Origin: Camelus ferus
Taxonomy: Eukaryota
Direction: 5' to 3'
DNA length: 64,000 nt
Assembly (NCBI RefSeq): GCF_009834535.1
Contig: NC_045697.1
Location: 95,606,001 to 95,670,000, forward strand
Of this stretch, positions 1-14,560 are shown one piece after another. The notes below the pieces were generated by a model that saw only the letters and a list, made by a program, of their open reading frames with translations, made no database searches and was not told where the DNA came from. The translations under genes and the position numbers were made by a program. The first letter of the stretch is position 1. Each line of letters starts with the position of its first letter.

Positions 1-16
1 TAATGATTTTTCCTAG

Positions 17-94
17 GATCAGAGACAAAATTTGGATGGCCTTTTCCAGTTATATTACTATATCATTGAAAATGTAGCTTATGAAGAGTGAACT
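17..94 (+). pseudogene. Dynein pseudo-exon, tail region
   Basis: ttttcctag acceptor, GTGAGC donor, 78 nt; DQRQNLDGLFQLYYYIIENVAYEE*T resembles the DNAH6-type RLxxFIRLxDYLIEN. Confidence 0.55.
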
Positions 95-118
95 GTGAGC
101 TCTCCTGAACAGGTGACA

Positions 119-300
119 CAGTTGTCCCTAGGTATCCGTGGGAGACTGGTGCCAGGACCCCCACCAATGCTAAAATCCACGAATACTAATGTCCCTTATA
201 TAAAATGGTGTAGTACAGTCAGGCCTCCATATCGGAGTGTTCTGCATCTGCGGATTCCACCAACTGCAGGTGTGGAACCTGTGGATAGGAGGTCCGACTG
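119..300. mobile_element. MER2-like TcMar-Tigger MITE
   Basis: cagttgtccct...ggtatccgtggg...aaaatccacgaat...cccttatataaaatggtgtagta and a terminal cgactg followed by TA. Confidence 0.75.
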
Positions 301-1647
301 TAGTCGTCTCACTTCGAGTATTTTGGGAAAACATATTACATAGGTTTTATATGTATGAAAGGCTCTCATAATTGCCCAAATATACAGTATGGCTATGTAT
401 TCAGTAGGCAAGGTATGCCTGGTTTTCACATCAGATGTGGTATCTGCACAGAAAGAGTTAGGGGTACAAGTGTTGTTTATTACTAAGAGAGCAAGCCAAT
501 TACTGGTATCAGGATGCAGGCTGACTTTCCGAGTGGATATAAATAGCATCTACAAATCAGGCTAGAAAGTCTCTGAAGAGAACAAACGATACAGCAGCAA
601 GGGTAGCCCCAGTATTTATTTCCTCTGGTGAGCTGTTTTCTGTTGACAATTCTAATATTATTTCAGGGGAAGTATTTTCTTGACTAGGAGTGGAGGTGAA
701 AACCAATTTTTATAAGATTGAAGGTTGGGGTGAATAATGATAGGACAATTTATATATATATATCACAAGGAACCTGTTGAAGAAAATATACTTTCTGAGC
801 AGTGAAAGGAACAGCTATTAAGTTTGTGTCATCAGAATCCCATGGAAGGTGACAAATTTGGGCATCAATAAGATTTAGAGCATAAACTATATTCTGAGAA
901 AAACTGAAGAGAGTTTTGCTTTTCCTTAGGTGATAGAAGAAAGCCAGATGAGATGAAGAATAATATGGTGAAGATTTGTGAGAACAACTGTCATAGGCAA
1001 AGTCATCACAAAGAGGTACCAAATAATAACTATAATAAGTAGTAAATCAAAAGGAAATAAGCAGGTCTACTTAGAAGATTGTTTTATCATTTGTGTGGAA
1101 GCTGTCTGCTCTGTCCCATTATCTGCTTGATCCAAGAATCTTTTTCCCCCCTAGCTTTATTGATGTATATAATAGACTTTTAACATTGTGTAAGTGTGAG
1201 ATGTAAAATGTGATGATTTGATACACATATATATTGTGAAATATTTGCAATCGATGTTAGTTAAAACATCCTTCACCTCACATAATTACCATTTGTTGTT
1301 GTTATAGTGAGAACATTTAAGATTTACTTTTTAAGCAACTTCCAAGCATGCAATACAGTATTGTTAACTATATTCACCATGATATACATTAGATCTCTAG
1401 AAGTTATTCCTCTTAAACGTTTGTACCCTTTGGCCAGTATCTCCCCATTTCCCCTGCCACCGAGCCCCTGGCAATGACTAATCTTCTCTGTTTGATGGTT
1501 CAGCTCTTTGGATTCTACATATGAATGAGATGACAACAGTATTTCTTTGTCACTCTGGCTTATTTTACTTGGCATAATGCCCTCAGGTTCATCTCTGCTG
1601 TGGCAAATGGCAGGATTTCCTTCTTTTTTATGAATGATTAATATTCC

Positions 1648-1649
<2 letters not shown>

Positions 1650-1691
<42 letters not shown>
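1650..1691. repeat. (GT)n microsatellite
   Basis: Uninterrupted tg run. Confidence 0.97.
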
Positions 1692-1695
<4 letters not shown>

Positions 1696-3071
1696 TATGC
1701 TGAATTTTCTTTATCCATCCATCCATCCATCAGTATACATTTAGGTTGTTTCCATGTTTTTGTTATTGTGAATAATTTTGTGATGAATGTGGGGGTGCAG
1801 ATTTTTCTACAAGATAGTGATTTTATTTCTGAATAAATTGAATAAATGCCTGGAAGTGGAATTGCTGGATCATATGTAGTCTTACTTTTAACTTTTTTGA
1901 GAAGCCTCCATAGTGTTTTCCATAGAGGATATGTGTACTAGGGTCCCCTTTTGACACATTCTCACCAGCTTTTATCTCTTGTCTTTTTTCATAATAGCCA
2001 TTCTAAAAAACATGAGATTATATCTCATATCTGATTTTGATTTGCATTTCCCTGATGATTAGTGAATACCTTTTTATATGATTGTTGTTTCTTTGGGAAA
2101 ATGTCTATTCTGGTATTTTGCCCATTTTTTTAATTGGATTATATGGGGGGCAGGTTTGCTAATAAATTGTATGAGTTTCTTATATTTTGCATATTAACCC
2201 ATTATCAGACAAATGATTTGTAAATGTTTTCTCATATTCTGTAGATTGCCTTTTCATTTTGTTGAAGGTTTATTTTGCTGTGCAGAAGCTTTTTAGTCTG
2301 ATGCAGTTCCACTTTTAATTTTCGCTTTTGTTGTTTTGTGCTTTTGGTGTCATATCTAAAAAATCATTGCCAAGACCAATGTCAAGGAGCATTTTTGTTT
2401 TTCTTCCTTAGGAGCTGTACTGTTTCAGGTCTTAGTATTAAGTCCCTAATCCATCTGAAATTAACTTCTGTGAGTAAGTGGTGTAAGATGGGGTTTAAAT
2501 TGTATTCCTTTGCCTGTGAATATCCAGTTTCCTGAACACCATTTATTGAATAGACTATTTTGACCCAATTGAGTATTCTTGGATCTTTTGTCAGATATTA
2601 CTTGATCATTATGCATCAGCAGAGCTCTCAATTCTGTTCCATTGGTCTGTATGTCAGTTTTATGCCAGTATCATACCATCTTGATTGCTGTATCTTTGTA
2701 ATATAGTTTGGAACCAGGAAGTGTGATGCCTCCAGCTTTGTTATTCTTTCTCAGGATTGCCTTGGTTCTTCATGCTCTTCTGTGATTCCATCCTAATTGT
2801 AGGAATTTTAAAAATTTCTGTACAAAAACACTGTTAGAATTTTGATAGGAATTGTTCTGAAGCTACAGATGGTTTTGGGGAATCTGGACATTTTAACAAC
2901 ATTAACTATTCTGATCCATGAACATGAGTATCTTCCCATTTATTTGCATCTCTATTAATTTCTTTTATCAATGTCTCATAGATTTCAGTATATAGATCTT
3001 TCACTTTCTTGGTTCAATTTTTTCCTAAGTATTGTTTCGATGCCCTTGTAAATAGTTGTTTATTTCTTTTT

Positions 3072-3460
3072 ATATATATTTTTATTGAAGTATAGTTAGA
3101 TTACAATGTTGTGTCAATTTCTGGTGTACAGCGTAATGCTTCAGTCATATATGAACATACATATATTTGTTTTCATATTCTTTTTCACCATAAGTTACTA
3201 AGATAGAGAATGTAGTTCCTTGTGCTATACAGTATGAACTTGTCTATCTATTTTATATATATTAGTTAGTATCTGCAAATCTCAAACTTCCAATTTATCT
3301 CTTCCCTCCCCCTTTTCCCCCATAACTATGAGTTTGTTTTCTATGTCTGTGAGTCTGTTTCTGTTTTGTAAATAAGTTAATTTGCCTTTTTTTTTCAGAT
3401 TCCACATATAAGTGATATTATATGGTATATTTCTTTCTCTTTGTGGCTTACTTCTCTTAG
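3072..3460 (-). mobile_element. Younger L1 3' end nested in the older L1
   Basis: tttattgaagtatag...ttacaatgttgtgtcaatttctggtgtacag 3' end; flanked by direct repeat tatttcttttt at 3061-3071 and 3461-3471 (target-site duplication). Confidence 0.85.
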
Positions 3461-5084
3461 TATTTCTTTTTCAGGTACTTTGTTTTTAATGTAAAGAAAC
3501 CCAACTGATTTTTGTACGTTGATTTTGTATCCTGAAACTTTACTGACGTTGGTTAATTCTGTTTGGGTTTATTTTGTTTTGTTGTTGATGGAGTACTTTC
3601 TATAAATATAGTAGTATTTTCTCTAAATAAGATGATGTAACCCATAAACAGAGACAGTTTTACTTCTTTCTTTCTGATTTGGATGTCTTTTATTTCTTGT
3701 TCTTGCCTGGTTTCTCTGGTTAGGACATCCAGTACTGTGTTGGTGAAGAATGGTGACAGTGGGCATGTTGTTTGTCTTATTTGTAATCTTAGAGGGGAAG
3801 CTTTCAGTTTTCACAGTTGAGTATTATGTTAGCTGTGGGCTAATCACATATGGCCTTTCTTATGTTGAGGTATGTTTCTTTGTTGAGAGTTTTTATCATA
3901 AGTTAAATTTTGTCAAATGTTTTTTCTGTATCTGTTGAGATGATCATGTGATTCTTATTTTTCATTCTGTTAATGGTGTATCACATTTATTGATTTGCAT
4001 ATATTGAACCATCCTTGCATCCTAGAGATAAATCCCACTTGATCATGGTATAAAGTTGAATTACAATAATATGTTCAATTTGATGTATGATACTGTTAAC
4101 ATGTATGATAATAATATGCTGTTCAATTTGATGTATGATGCTGAATTTGGTTTGCTAGTACTTTGTTGAGAATTAACATCTATATTCATCGGGGATATTG
4201 GCCTGCAGTTTTCATTTCTTGTATCTTTGTATATCTTTGATATCAAGGTAATGATGACATTGTAAAATGAGTGTGGAATTGTTCCATCCTCTTCTGTATT
4301 TTAGAAGAATTTGAGAAGGATTGGCATTAATTCTTTTTTAAATGTCTGGTAGGATTCACTTGTGAAGCCATTTGTTCCTGGGCTTTTCTCTGTTGAGAGG
4401 TTTTTGATTACTGGTTCATTCTCCTTACTCGTTATTGGTCTGTTCAGACTTTCTGTTTCTTTATGTTTTGGTGTTCGTGGATTATATATTTCTAGGAATT
4501 TATCCATCTCTAGTTGCCCAATTTGTTGGCATATAATTTTTCATAGTAGTCTCTTAGATCTTTTGTATTTCTTTGGTATCAGTTGTAATACCTCTTTCAT
4601 TTATAATTTTATTCATTTGGGTCATCTCTGTTTTTTTTCTTGGTAAATCTAGGTAAAGATTTAGTTTGTTTTCCTTTTTCTAATTTTGAAAGGTATAAAG
4701 TTATATTTGAGATTTTTCTTTTTTCTTAACATAGGCATTTATTATTATTAAACATCCCTCTTAGAACATTTTTTGTTGCATTGCAAAAGTTTTGGTATGC
4801 TGTTTTATTTTTTGTTTGTCTTAAGATAATTTTGGATAATCTGAGAATCTTGAATCTGCTCTCTCTTCTGAATTTAATCTTCTTATAGAGGATTTCTAAG
4901 AATTCTCAACTTAAAGTGTCCCCAAAAAACAATTGCAATAGTCCAGACAAAGCAATGATTTTTAAAAATAAGAATACATAAATTTGAGAATCAGTATGTT
5001 GAAGTTACACAGTTATACCTGTTATTAATAGTACACTTAAAAGTTCATGTCCACAAATATTTAAAAGAATTTCGTCTCTCTAAG

Positions 5085-8000
5085 AAAACAAGCCTCCATG
5101 TTTCAGGACATGCAGAGACTTCTCAGCTGGAGAATTTGGAATACCTGTTGGTGATGGGACCAAGTGTCTTTTGCAGTATTTAGTCGTATTATCTTGCAAA
5201 GGGGAAAGAACAAATATCAGAGTTGAACCTTTCAAATGCATAAGGTATCCTGTTAGTAACTAAAAAATGGATAGCCTTTGGGTTCCAGAGGGAAGAATCA
5301 GTAATTCTAAACAATGTCAGTGATAAAATATTCCTTCTGGGGAAAAAATTAATTCCTTTTTTTGCTCTAAATTCTAAATAATTGTTTTGGTTTTGATGGG
5401 CATAATATATATATTTATGAAATAATTTATAAATGTAAGTATATATTTAATTATAAATTTGACTATACTAAATATATGTGTGTGTGTGTATATATTTATG
5501 ACAAGTTCGAAAGTTCATCTTAGTACTTATCCATTAATCAGATTGAATTCTTAGTGGAAGTTAATGCAAATAGTTGCAACTATGGAGTACTACATATTCC
5601 AGTTTTACATAGTAGATTCAAAATGAGCAAAGATAACACATTTATTCTTTTGTGCAGGTCACTCTTTTGGAGTATTTCTTTTGTGATTTTTTTTACCTTT
5701 GTAAGGAAAAAAATCATTCTTTTCAGTTTTACCTCATCAATGAAAAATGCTACAGCAAAATGTAGGGGTACCTGTGAAATTATTTTTGTCAGATGAGGGG
5801 TAGTGCTCAGTACAAAGCTATGTTTAAATAGGTTTTGAACATTTCAGTATTTGAAGTCCCATCTGATCCATTTTAAAATGTAGACACAAGAGAATCAGCT
5901 CCAATTTTAGTCTCTGCTATATGTAAATTTTTTTTCTGAGGTATCTTTTTTCTGATGTGAAATTTTAGTTCAAGTCTAACAGAAGTAATATTTGTCAATA
6001 GCCATACTTAATCTTGAATAATGCACAGTGAAACACAAGTTTTAAATGGTCTCTTGAGTGCAGAAATTATCCAGAGTACCATTAGATAAATGATGATATC
6101 ATATAAGGAAAGAAAAATTTACTTAGATAAAAAACAGACTCAAATGGACTTAACAGTTTCCAAAAAAATTCAAATTTTAGTATTTGAATGTTTCAATTAT
6201 TTACATCAAGCACTGGACACTTGTCCTAAAACAGCTAATCAAATGTATGTTCATTTTTAATAAAAGTTCATTCTTACTCAGCCATTTAATCTTATTTTTG
6301 CAGAATAAGAATCTTCAGAAGTTTTTTAATCAAATGTAAATGTATGATATATTTTCTCGTAAATCCATTTGAGTAGAAAATTTTGAGTAGAAGATATTTG
6401 AAAACTGCCAGAAGTAACCCCAAAGAAGCACAAATATGGAGAATATTGCAGTTTCAGGAATTTATTATTAAATAGAATTTTTAGAAACACCAACAAATTT
6501 ATTTCCATGTTTGAGACTTTACCAATTTGTATATCTGTTGCTTTATATGAAAGAAATCTTTGAGAAACAAAATTTATAAAACATATTTCAATTAATGAGA
6601 AAACATAGATTACTCTGGCTTGATTGTCTATTGCAAATAAAATTTTTAAAATGCTGTTTACAAGCTTGCAGAAGTTAGGTTGTAAAAAAAAAATTTAATA
6701 TTTTCATGCATTACTGCAACAGGCCAATATATAGATACATCTTCTACCCTTTGCAAAAAAGAATAATTATTACTTTTTCTTTCAATAATATTTTCATTAT
6801 TTATATTTGTTTTCATAATTTTACTGGCATTATTACGTGTATAAATTTATGCATAGGATTATCACTGTCTACATTACTTTTTTATGCATTATTATCATTA
6901 TTACTCCATAGCTGTTAAAGATAATTTTGTTTTAGAGGTTAGTTTTTTGGTTTTTTTTTTTTTGGTTAGAGGTTTGGTTTTTTTGATCCTTTTAGGAGCC
7001 AAATATGCTGCCTATGCCACTGATTGTAGGACCTTCTTTACGAAATGAAAGTCTTTTTCTTATTTATTTTTCTAGAGTTGAGGTTCTTTAACAGAAAATA
7101 TGATTGGCTTATATAAAGAGGATGTGACCTCAGAAAAATTTAACACTCAACATCTGCACTAATCAGCTAGTCTTAAGTATCTACAAAGTTAATTTTTTGT
7201 CATTGACCCAGAAAAATTTTGAATAGCTTATAATCTTTTAGGATTATACATTATATTTCTTCTTGGATTATACTATGTTTCAAACTGATTTTTTTTCTAG
7301 CAGAATTTCAATTTTTCTTTTGAGTTTTCCATCCTTTCTGAAATAAAGTATTTAACAAAAAGAGACCATAATAAAACTTGTTTTATGAAATTAGCAATAG
7401 GTCATTCATGCATCATATTAAAGAAGAGTCATAAGAGAATGCTAGATTCTTAGATCTTGATTAAGGAATTGATAGAATAAAGGGGAGGGTGCAGTAAACC
7501 CTAGAGGCATTTCAGTCCAAGAATATTGTTGATTCTTCTATGAGGAGGCAAACGAATACTGATTATATGGATCTAAATTAAAACTGAGGAATAACAAAAG
7601 TCTACCAGTCCACCAAAAGCAGGTGGCCACGGGAACTACTGAAGGCATAGTTATATTTGGGTTAGGATCTACCAAAACATGAAAGATTTCAAGCTTGTTT
7701 ATATCTTAGAAATCCATGAAGCTTTTTGGCAGGCCACATAGAATATTAAAATTCTAATGAAAAGCATTTTAAGTCCCGTTTGAATGAAATCTTCCTCCAT
7801 GGACTCAGTCTTTTCTGTTTGGGTCCAGTTGATGTACTAATGATTCGTGTATGGAAGAGTCCTCATGTATTTCTAAAAAACCTCTGAAGAGCTTTGATTT
7901 CACTTTCATATTTCCAAAGAAGTTTCTTTCTTTCTATGAAATTTTCTGGAGTGGTATTACAGAGAAGGAACTTCATGTTGGCAAGTGAGAGGGCTAAGAG

Positions 8001-10147
8001 TTGCAGTTACAGGTTTTGTGAGGGGAGTGTTTCAGGAGCATTTTTATCTCAACCACCTGAGGTATCCTTATGATTCAGAGGAGGTGGTGTAAAGAATAGG
8101 AGAAAAGTTATTCTTGCCGTAAGAGAATCAATGGACCTTAACTACTGTAGTTCTGCTTGGAATTCATTCATATTGCCTCAGTTTTAGGAGCTTCTATTAT
8201 TTTTTATCTAGCTATAATATCAATTTTCCTTTGGCCATTTTATTAATAATGTTAGCAAGTTTTCCTATAAGAAGAATTTTTTCTTTTTGTTGTTTGTTGC
8301 CCCTTAAGGGAGGGGATCCAAAGCAGATCCATTAAACTATTTTATTTTTGTGGCCATTATTTTATCTTGAGCTGTATTTTAAAAATTAATATAAAATCTC
8401 TTACTGTTTTTCGGCCAAATGCTGAAATTCATGTAGTGAAGCAATCTGCCAGCCTATCATTTGTTTACATGCCAGAACCATTCTTTATTAAGCAATCACA
8501 CAAAGAGTGGAAAGGGCCGGGAAAAAATCCACATCACAGGCCATCCCTAAAGACTGTCTTAAGGTTATGATTAATTCTGTTGATTAGCCCTTTTGATATT
8601 TGCAGAACTGGATTAATGTCCTATCTATTTTTAACAATTAAGAACAGAGTTCCTTAAATTTGTTCTACTTAATATGCTCTGAGACATACTAATATAAACT
8701 TCATTAATTACCTTCAAATGTTGTTAGTTGTTTACTGTTGGTAGGTTGAGGGGCCCTGTCAGCTGTGTTAAGTATCCCAACTGAATTTTGTTGGAAACTC
8801 TACCCAATAAAGCTTTGGGCCGAAGACCACTAGGAGCATGACTGTAATTAAACAAATTTGATTCATCACCTCACTGTGACAAAAGAGAACATACCATAGG
8901 AAATATGGAGCATCTTAGTAAGAATGAGTTGGTGACAAGACAATTGATTGGTTATCTTAATAATTTTTGTCTAGCGAGTAGTTGGAACCAAAGCATAATA
9001 AGAGTTTTCACTGGAAGCACTAGCCAATCATGTTGGATGGAAGGAGGAGATGATTTCTTATTTTGTGGCTGTATAATGTAGTTGAAATTGCCCATGTTCA
9101 GATGTGTTGCTGGTATGATCTTGTTTTTGTCTTACTTTATCATGGTTGTGGAGTGATCCTGTCTGATATTATTGATATTCTCAATATTTTGTTCTGTTCC
9201 GTAGAGAATATAGCTGTTAGTGTAGCTGTCAGCTGAATGGAAATTATTTTTCAGTCTCACCACATCTTCCCTGCTGGTCAGACACTTTGCTTGTAATTCC
9301 ATCTTACTGACATTATTGTGCCCACTGTCTCTCTGATTATTAATGTTACCACCTGTCCTCTGCCAGTTTGGGCTTGCAGTATTCTCACTGATACAATGGA
9401 AATGAATCCCATTTTTGTCTCCCCGACAGTAATCTTTTCTAAACTGTAAACTCCCTTCTTAGCTTTTCAAAATGCAGATGCTCATTCAGTTACTTAACAA
9501 TTAATATATATATAAATCACTTGGCAAAAGGTGTGTTTTCCATGTCCTCCCAGATGGTGTGGTTAGGAGTGGCTAATCCAACTGAATGTAATAGTCTTTG
9601 TCAAGACTTCTGCATTTTTGAGCCTTCAAATTCTTTCATACAGCTTATGCCAAAATATGCCATTGATTCTAGGCCACTTTTAAGTCCAGGTTATGATTAG
9701 CCAACCTAGCGACTGTCTACCATTCTCTTGTGCATGAGGCAATATAGTAAATCCTAAATCTCATGTCAATATATGTAGTCCAAATCAAGATTATATTTTC
9801 TCCTTTTTTTGTCTAATACTCTTAGAAATCATTCTAATAGAAGCTCCCCAGACTCCTGTTGATACATATTAATAAGTTCCGTGTGTATTTCTTTGTTGAG
9901 GCTCACCACTTCCAGTGTGGACCTGGTACCTCTTGTTTTATGTTGGCATTTTCTGCTACATGTTAGGACTTCTGTTATGAGGCTAGAAACAGTATCAATG
10001 ATATATTTGGATCTTGATGAGTATCTGAATCCTCTTGAGAGGAAAATGTACTTGGTGAAGCAATAAAAAGCAATAAAACAAGTTTTGTATGGAAGAAAGC
10101 AAACTGTTCAAAAGAGGTGATATGAACTGCCGCCACTGGCAAGGCAG
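5085..10147 (+). pseudogene. Four dynein tail pseudo-exons (~5085-5244, ~6304-6507, 6996-7176, 9967-10147)
   Basis: AG/GT-bounded segments: ...CLLQYLVVLSCKGERTNIRVEPFKCI; AKYAAYATDCRTFF/NESLFL (cf. DNAH6-type IYAATFEKFQIFFKENESL); TSVMRLETVSMIYLDLDEYLNPLERKMYLVKQ*...*YELPPLARQ. Confidence 0.5.
8790..9260. mobile_element. Ancient ERV LTR-like element (family uncertain)
   Basis: Starts tgttgg; composition and motifs resemble old eutherian solo LTRs. Confidence 0.4.
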
Positions 10148-10599
10148 GTTAAAAGCGGCTCTTAATATATGTAATTCCAACTATTCCCATACTAATTCTC
10201 CTTTATTACTAGGGCAGTCACCTTAGAGTGAAAGACCTGTAAAAGTTAACATTTTAACTTCACGGTAATTAAGCTAGGCCCTGGATTTGATCCTTTGACT
10301 GTAGGAAGAAAGGGACCCCTTGAAATCTGTCATTGAAGGCTTCTAATTTTTCATTTGTGTTTTGAAGTCAGAAATCCATAGCCTGCAATTTATCTTTTAT
10401 TCATATATATTCACGGTTATAGTCAAAAGAAGTCATCTGATGATATAATCTGTATAATCTCTATTTTCCCCATAACAAGTGAGTGCCACAGGTCCTTGAC
10501 CACCAAAGGCTTTTTCCTCTACCTGTGCTTTATACCATGCCACTACTGTTGATAATTTGAGTAACTCTGATGCTACAATAGATTATTAGTTCCCGTTTC

Positions 10600-13260
10600 C
10601 TTCTTGGGATTAAAACATCCCAGTATTCTTCAAACATATGAGCTGAAATATGTTTCAGAATCCTATTTTGTGGAGATAACCAGTATAGTCAGTAAAAGTA
10701 AGGAAAATAAAGAATGAGTAACTACAGAAAAGTAGACGGTATGTTAAACATAAATTAAAACAAAAGCAATAAACTCTGTATATTAATTATTTCACTAAAT
10801 TTTCACATCTGTCTCTCTATAGACAGAATGAGATCCTCAGATTAGTGAAAATGCAAATCAAGCTCTATATTGCAAATTAAGCTCTATTTTGCCCATAAGA
10901 AGGAAAATGGGGGTAAAAGATGGAAAATAGGGGTGATATTAAACAAACAAATGAACAAATACAGGGAAAATGTAACAAAAATAAAGCTGGAGTCACAAAA
11001 ATAAAATACAGACTTCATGTATAAAAACACTAAATAAAACCAAATAGGAAGAGATACGGAGGTTTAAAAAAATTAAGGAAGAAGATAGAACACGCATTAA
11101 TATCTATGAACAAAGCAAAATGGCACCTAAACTTATATAGCAAAATCCTAGAAGTAGAGGATTTTATTTTTTTAAGTTCAAGCAACATGATAACAATTAG
11201 ACAATTATAGTGGAAAAAAATGTTTGTATGTCTTTCAGACTGTATGATAAAACAGACTGAAGATAGACAAGAAATGCAGAGACATGTATATGCATAACTT
11301 ATTTAACCCTCCCAGGAATAATTATTTTTTATGTATGTGGACTACTTATAAAAATTAATTATATACTTACCAGAAATAAATCATTAATAAGTTATCCCAA
11401 ATAGCAATTAACAAGCTATATATTCTGATTGTGATAAAATTATGCTAGGAGTCAATAATAATAATAATAATACACTTGCCATAGAAATTATTTTCATGAA
11501 AAATCAAAGTTTTTCCCAAATAACTATTTAACAGGAACAAATTATAAATTACTTTATAGAAATTAGGAAATAGTATCAAAAGGACAATCAGAACTAAAAT
11601 GCCAAATTATCTAGAAAATAATAAAATGGAAAACATTTCACAGAAAACCATAAGAGAAGATACTAAGTCTAGTGTCTAGAGGAAATACAGATACTTAAAT
11701 GGCTTCAATAATTTTAATAAACAATCAGAATAAATGAACTGTTACTAGTAAGTGATCAACAACCACAAATTAAAGTATTTTGGGGGTGAAAATTTAATTT
11801 AATGAACCAGGAAATAACAATTACTCAACAAAACCATCCATTTACTCAGCAAATATTCTTAGGCTGTCTACCATAAGCCACATACTCTTCTGGGCTTTGG
11901 GAAACAGCTTTGAATAGAAGAAAGAAAATTCCTGCTCTCATCATGTTTACATTTTAGAGTGACAATTACTTTATGAAAATTAGCAATAATTGTTGTGTAG
12001 AAGTTAAGTAGGAAAGAGAATTAGGAAAAAGAGTTGTACTTAAAAAAAAAAAAAAAGGTGATCGTGAATATCTCAAAAAGCAGAATACATGGAGTGAAAT
12101 CAAACTATTTGGAAAAAGCCATGTAACTATCTAGAGAAAGTGCATTCCACCAATAAGCAATGTTCTGGTGTATAACTAATAAGCTAATTCTTTAAAAATA
12201 CTTCTTAAATTTCAAGTAATGACTTTCAAGGATCTAGAAGTTTGAAATTAAAAACAAAAGACAATATAAATCAGAATTAGAAAAATAATATAATCACAAT
12301 GAAAATACTAAAATAATTATAAAATATTATGTGTATATCTATGGCAATAAGTTAAAAATAGATGGACAATTTTCTAGAAAAATCACACATTACTTGATAC
12401 AATAAGAATAGAAAATGAATAAAACAATAAACAGAAGATACTATAAAGTTGAAGTTCTGCCAAAATTTCAGAAAGATCAAAAAGTCAGATATTTAATGCT
12501 TGAATTCTGACCTCAAAAGGAAAATGCACATTTTTATTAAAAATTTTTTTTAAAAGTTACTTCTAACTTTGATTTAGACTGAATAAAAATTAGATACTCT
12601 AGAAAGCTAGAGTAATATAAGGAGCATGAAATTGAAATGAGAATAATTAAAAGGTCATTATGTCAAGTAAAGACACTAGAAAGATGAAGTGATACAATAA
12701 AGTTTGGACTAAATAGTGTAAGTATGGAAAATGGACGCTTTTGTGTAAGTTTGAAATTTTAAATAAATGCAGTTTTCCACAGTTTTTGGCTAATGTCCAT
12801 CAACATTTAAAATGTGTCCATTGAACTTGTAGGAATTTACCCTACAACAATACTTGTACTTTCTCCAAAGATAGAAATACAAAGATATTCATTGCAGTAC
12901 CCAATAAGTGGTAAAAATGTAAGAATCTGTTACAAAAACTTATTTATCCATTTGAAAATTGAAGAATAATCAATTTAAACATAAAAATTTTCCCCAAACC
13001 TATTTTAAGTGAGTATAGATTACTCATAGGAAATTATAGATATACATTGTTAGTCTTTTTCTATCTAAATTAGTATTTATAAATTAACTCTTAAATATAT
13101 TAAAATTCTGAAAGATTATCTAAAATTTAAATAGAACATAGCTTAGTGGAGGTAAAAAGTAAAAGAATCTAAAATTTAACTAAAAATGTTTATACTCACA
13201 TTTTTTAAATTTTAAAATGAGAATTAATTGTATAACTGAGAAAGACAATAATTTAAAAAG
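10600..13260 (+). mobile_element. Very old, degraded L1 (A-rich sense strand) containing an L2 fragment at ~11830-11960
   Basis: Strong A skew; L1-like phrases (gatggacaattttctagaaaa, aaagatattcattgcag); L2 3'-end motif catttactcagcaaatatt. Confidence 0.6.
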
Positions 13261-13645
13261 AAAAGCAAAACCCTATAGACTAATGCCAATAATTTAAACT
13301 GCAAAAATATTCCAGAGAAGTTTGCTAAATACATGTAATGAAAAATATCACACAACCTTGTGCTTTTAAGTATCCCTATGATAAAGAAATTTATGTTTAT
13401 TCAAAAACTACTTGCATGAATATTCTAGCTTCAGTTAAATTTGATAAGAAAGCTCATGACTGTCCAAATGAACAAGACTAGCAATTAAGTACTTGGCATG
13501 ACTCCGGGAATAACTGCCTAACATGCTGTCATCATGTAAAAATAGTATTTGTTCAGTAACATGTGAAAGCATTACTGTGTTGATATAATATTTGAGTCTT
13601 AGAGCTTATTGAAATATTATCTTTCCTGTTTTTCTTTTACATTAG

Positions 13646-13876
13646 CAAATCACATTTTATGAAAATATTATTAATGGTAGTGGTAGATTTCTAAAGAGAA
13701 TTTTAAAAGCCTATGTAATTGTGAATTTATCAAATGAAAAACCAAACATCACAAGCAGTATTTTATTTTACTCAAATGGTTTTGTTCCTATGAACATCAA
13801 TGTACAAATTATGTCAAGACATCAGAAAGTAATTTGTATAATAAAATGGCACTGGACAATAGAATGGCTAATAATA
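13646..13876 (+). pseudogene. Dynein tail pseudo-exon candidate
   Basis: Strong polypyrimidine acceptor (ttttcttttacattag), GTAAGA donor, 231 nt with frame 0 open; an alternate frame gives TSMYKLCQD (cf. TQMYKLME). Confidence 0.45.
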
Positions 13877-14079
13877 GTAAGATAACACAAATCGCACAGA
13901 TCCCCAACTTGTTTTAAATAATTTTCCAAAACAAGTCTGTCTCCTACCAAATAACCATGTGATTTAAAATAAATTATACTGGGCATACTAATATGGTTTA
14001 ATCTGAAATTGAACTGCTTAATAACAAATAGTTTTAAAAGTGAAATTTGAATCTAGCAAAGAAGGGTGGTTTATCATTT

Positions 14080-14560
14080 GTTGGTAAGATTTAGGTCTGG
14101 TTGCTATAACAACAAAAAATTACAAACAAAAATTATAGAAGATAGAAATTTCATTTTCATTTCTCTACTATATAACATGGGCCAGAGTAAGGAGTCCATG
14201 GTGATAAGGGGGTATTCATGATGTACTCCAGCTCTTTCTAATCTGTAGTTTTAACTTCCCTAACGTGCTGTGAAGATTCACATGGTCAGTGATAATGTCT
14301 TCAGTCAAAGGAAAAAAAGGGAACGTGGAGTAAGAGGAATGTATGCTCTTTCCCATTAGAGGCACAAGGGAAATCGCATGCATCTTTTCTGTTTCTCACA
14401 TCCCATTAGGAGAATGTAGTTACAGGGATTAATCCTCCCATAGCTGCTGGAGGTGCTGAGAATTGTAGCCTCTAGCTGGGGTTTCAGGTCCCTAGTTACT
14501 TTTCAAGGTTTTTATTACTAAGAAAATGGTATAAAGGATATTGAAGATCATGTAGTCTTA
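14080..14560. mobile_element. MaLR (MLT1-type) LTR
   Basis: ggtctggttgctataac...cacatcccattagg...gctgagaattgtagcctctagctggg, typical of MLT1. Confidence 0.6.

Larger units (their letters stand above)
1150..4840 (-). mobile_element. Old 5'-truncated LINE-1 (3'UTR plus degraded ORF2)
   Basis: T-rich + strand; minus ORFs resemble L1 ORF2 (MDKFLEIYN...LNRPIT...KSPGTNGFTSE; ENCRPISPMNID). Confidence 0.92.

Noticed and set aside
95..549. ORFs of 82 and 117 aa
   Set aside because: Largely MER2 transposon sequence.
5085..5244. ADAM/ADAMTS-like 'GDGTKC' or RGS-like reading
   Set aside because: Cysteine spacing and neighbouring segments do not fit; its position fits the dynein tail series instead.
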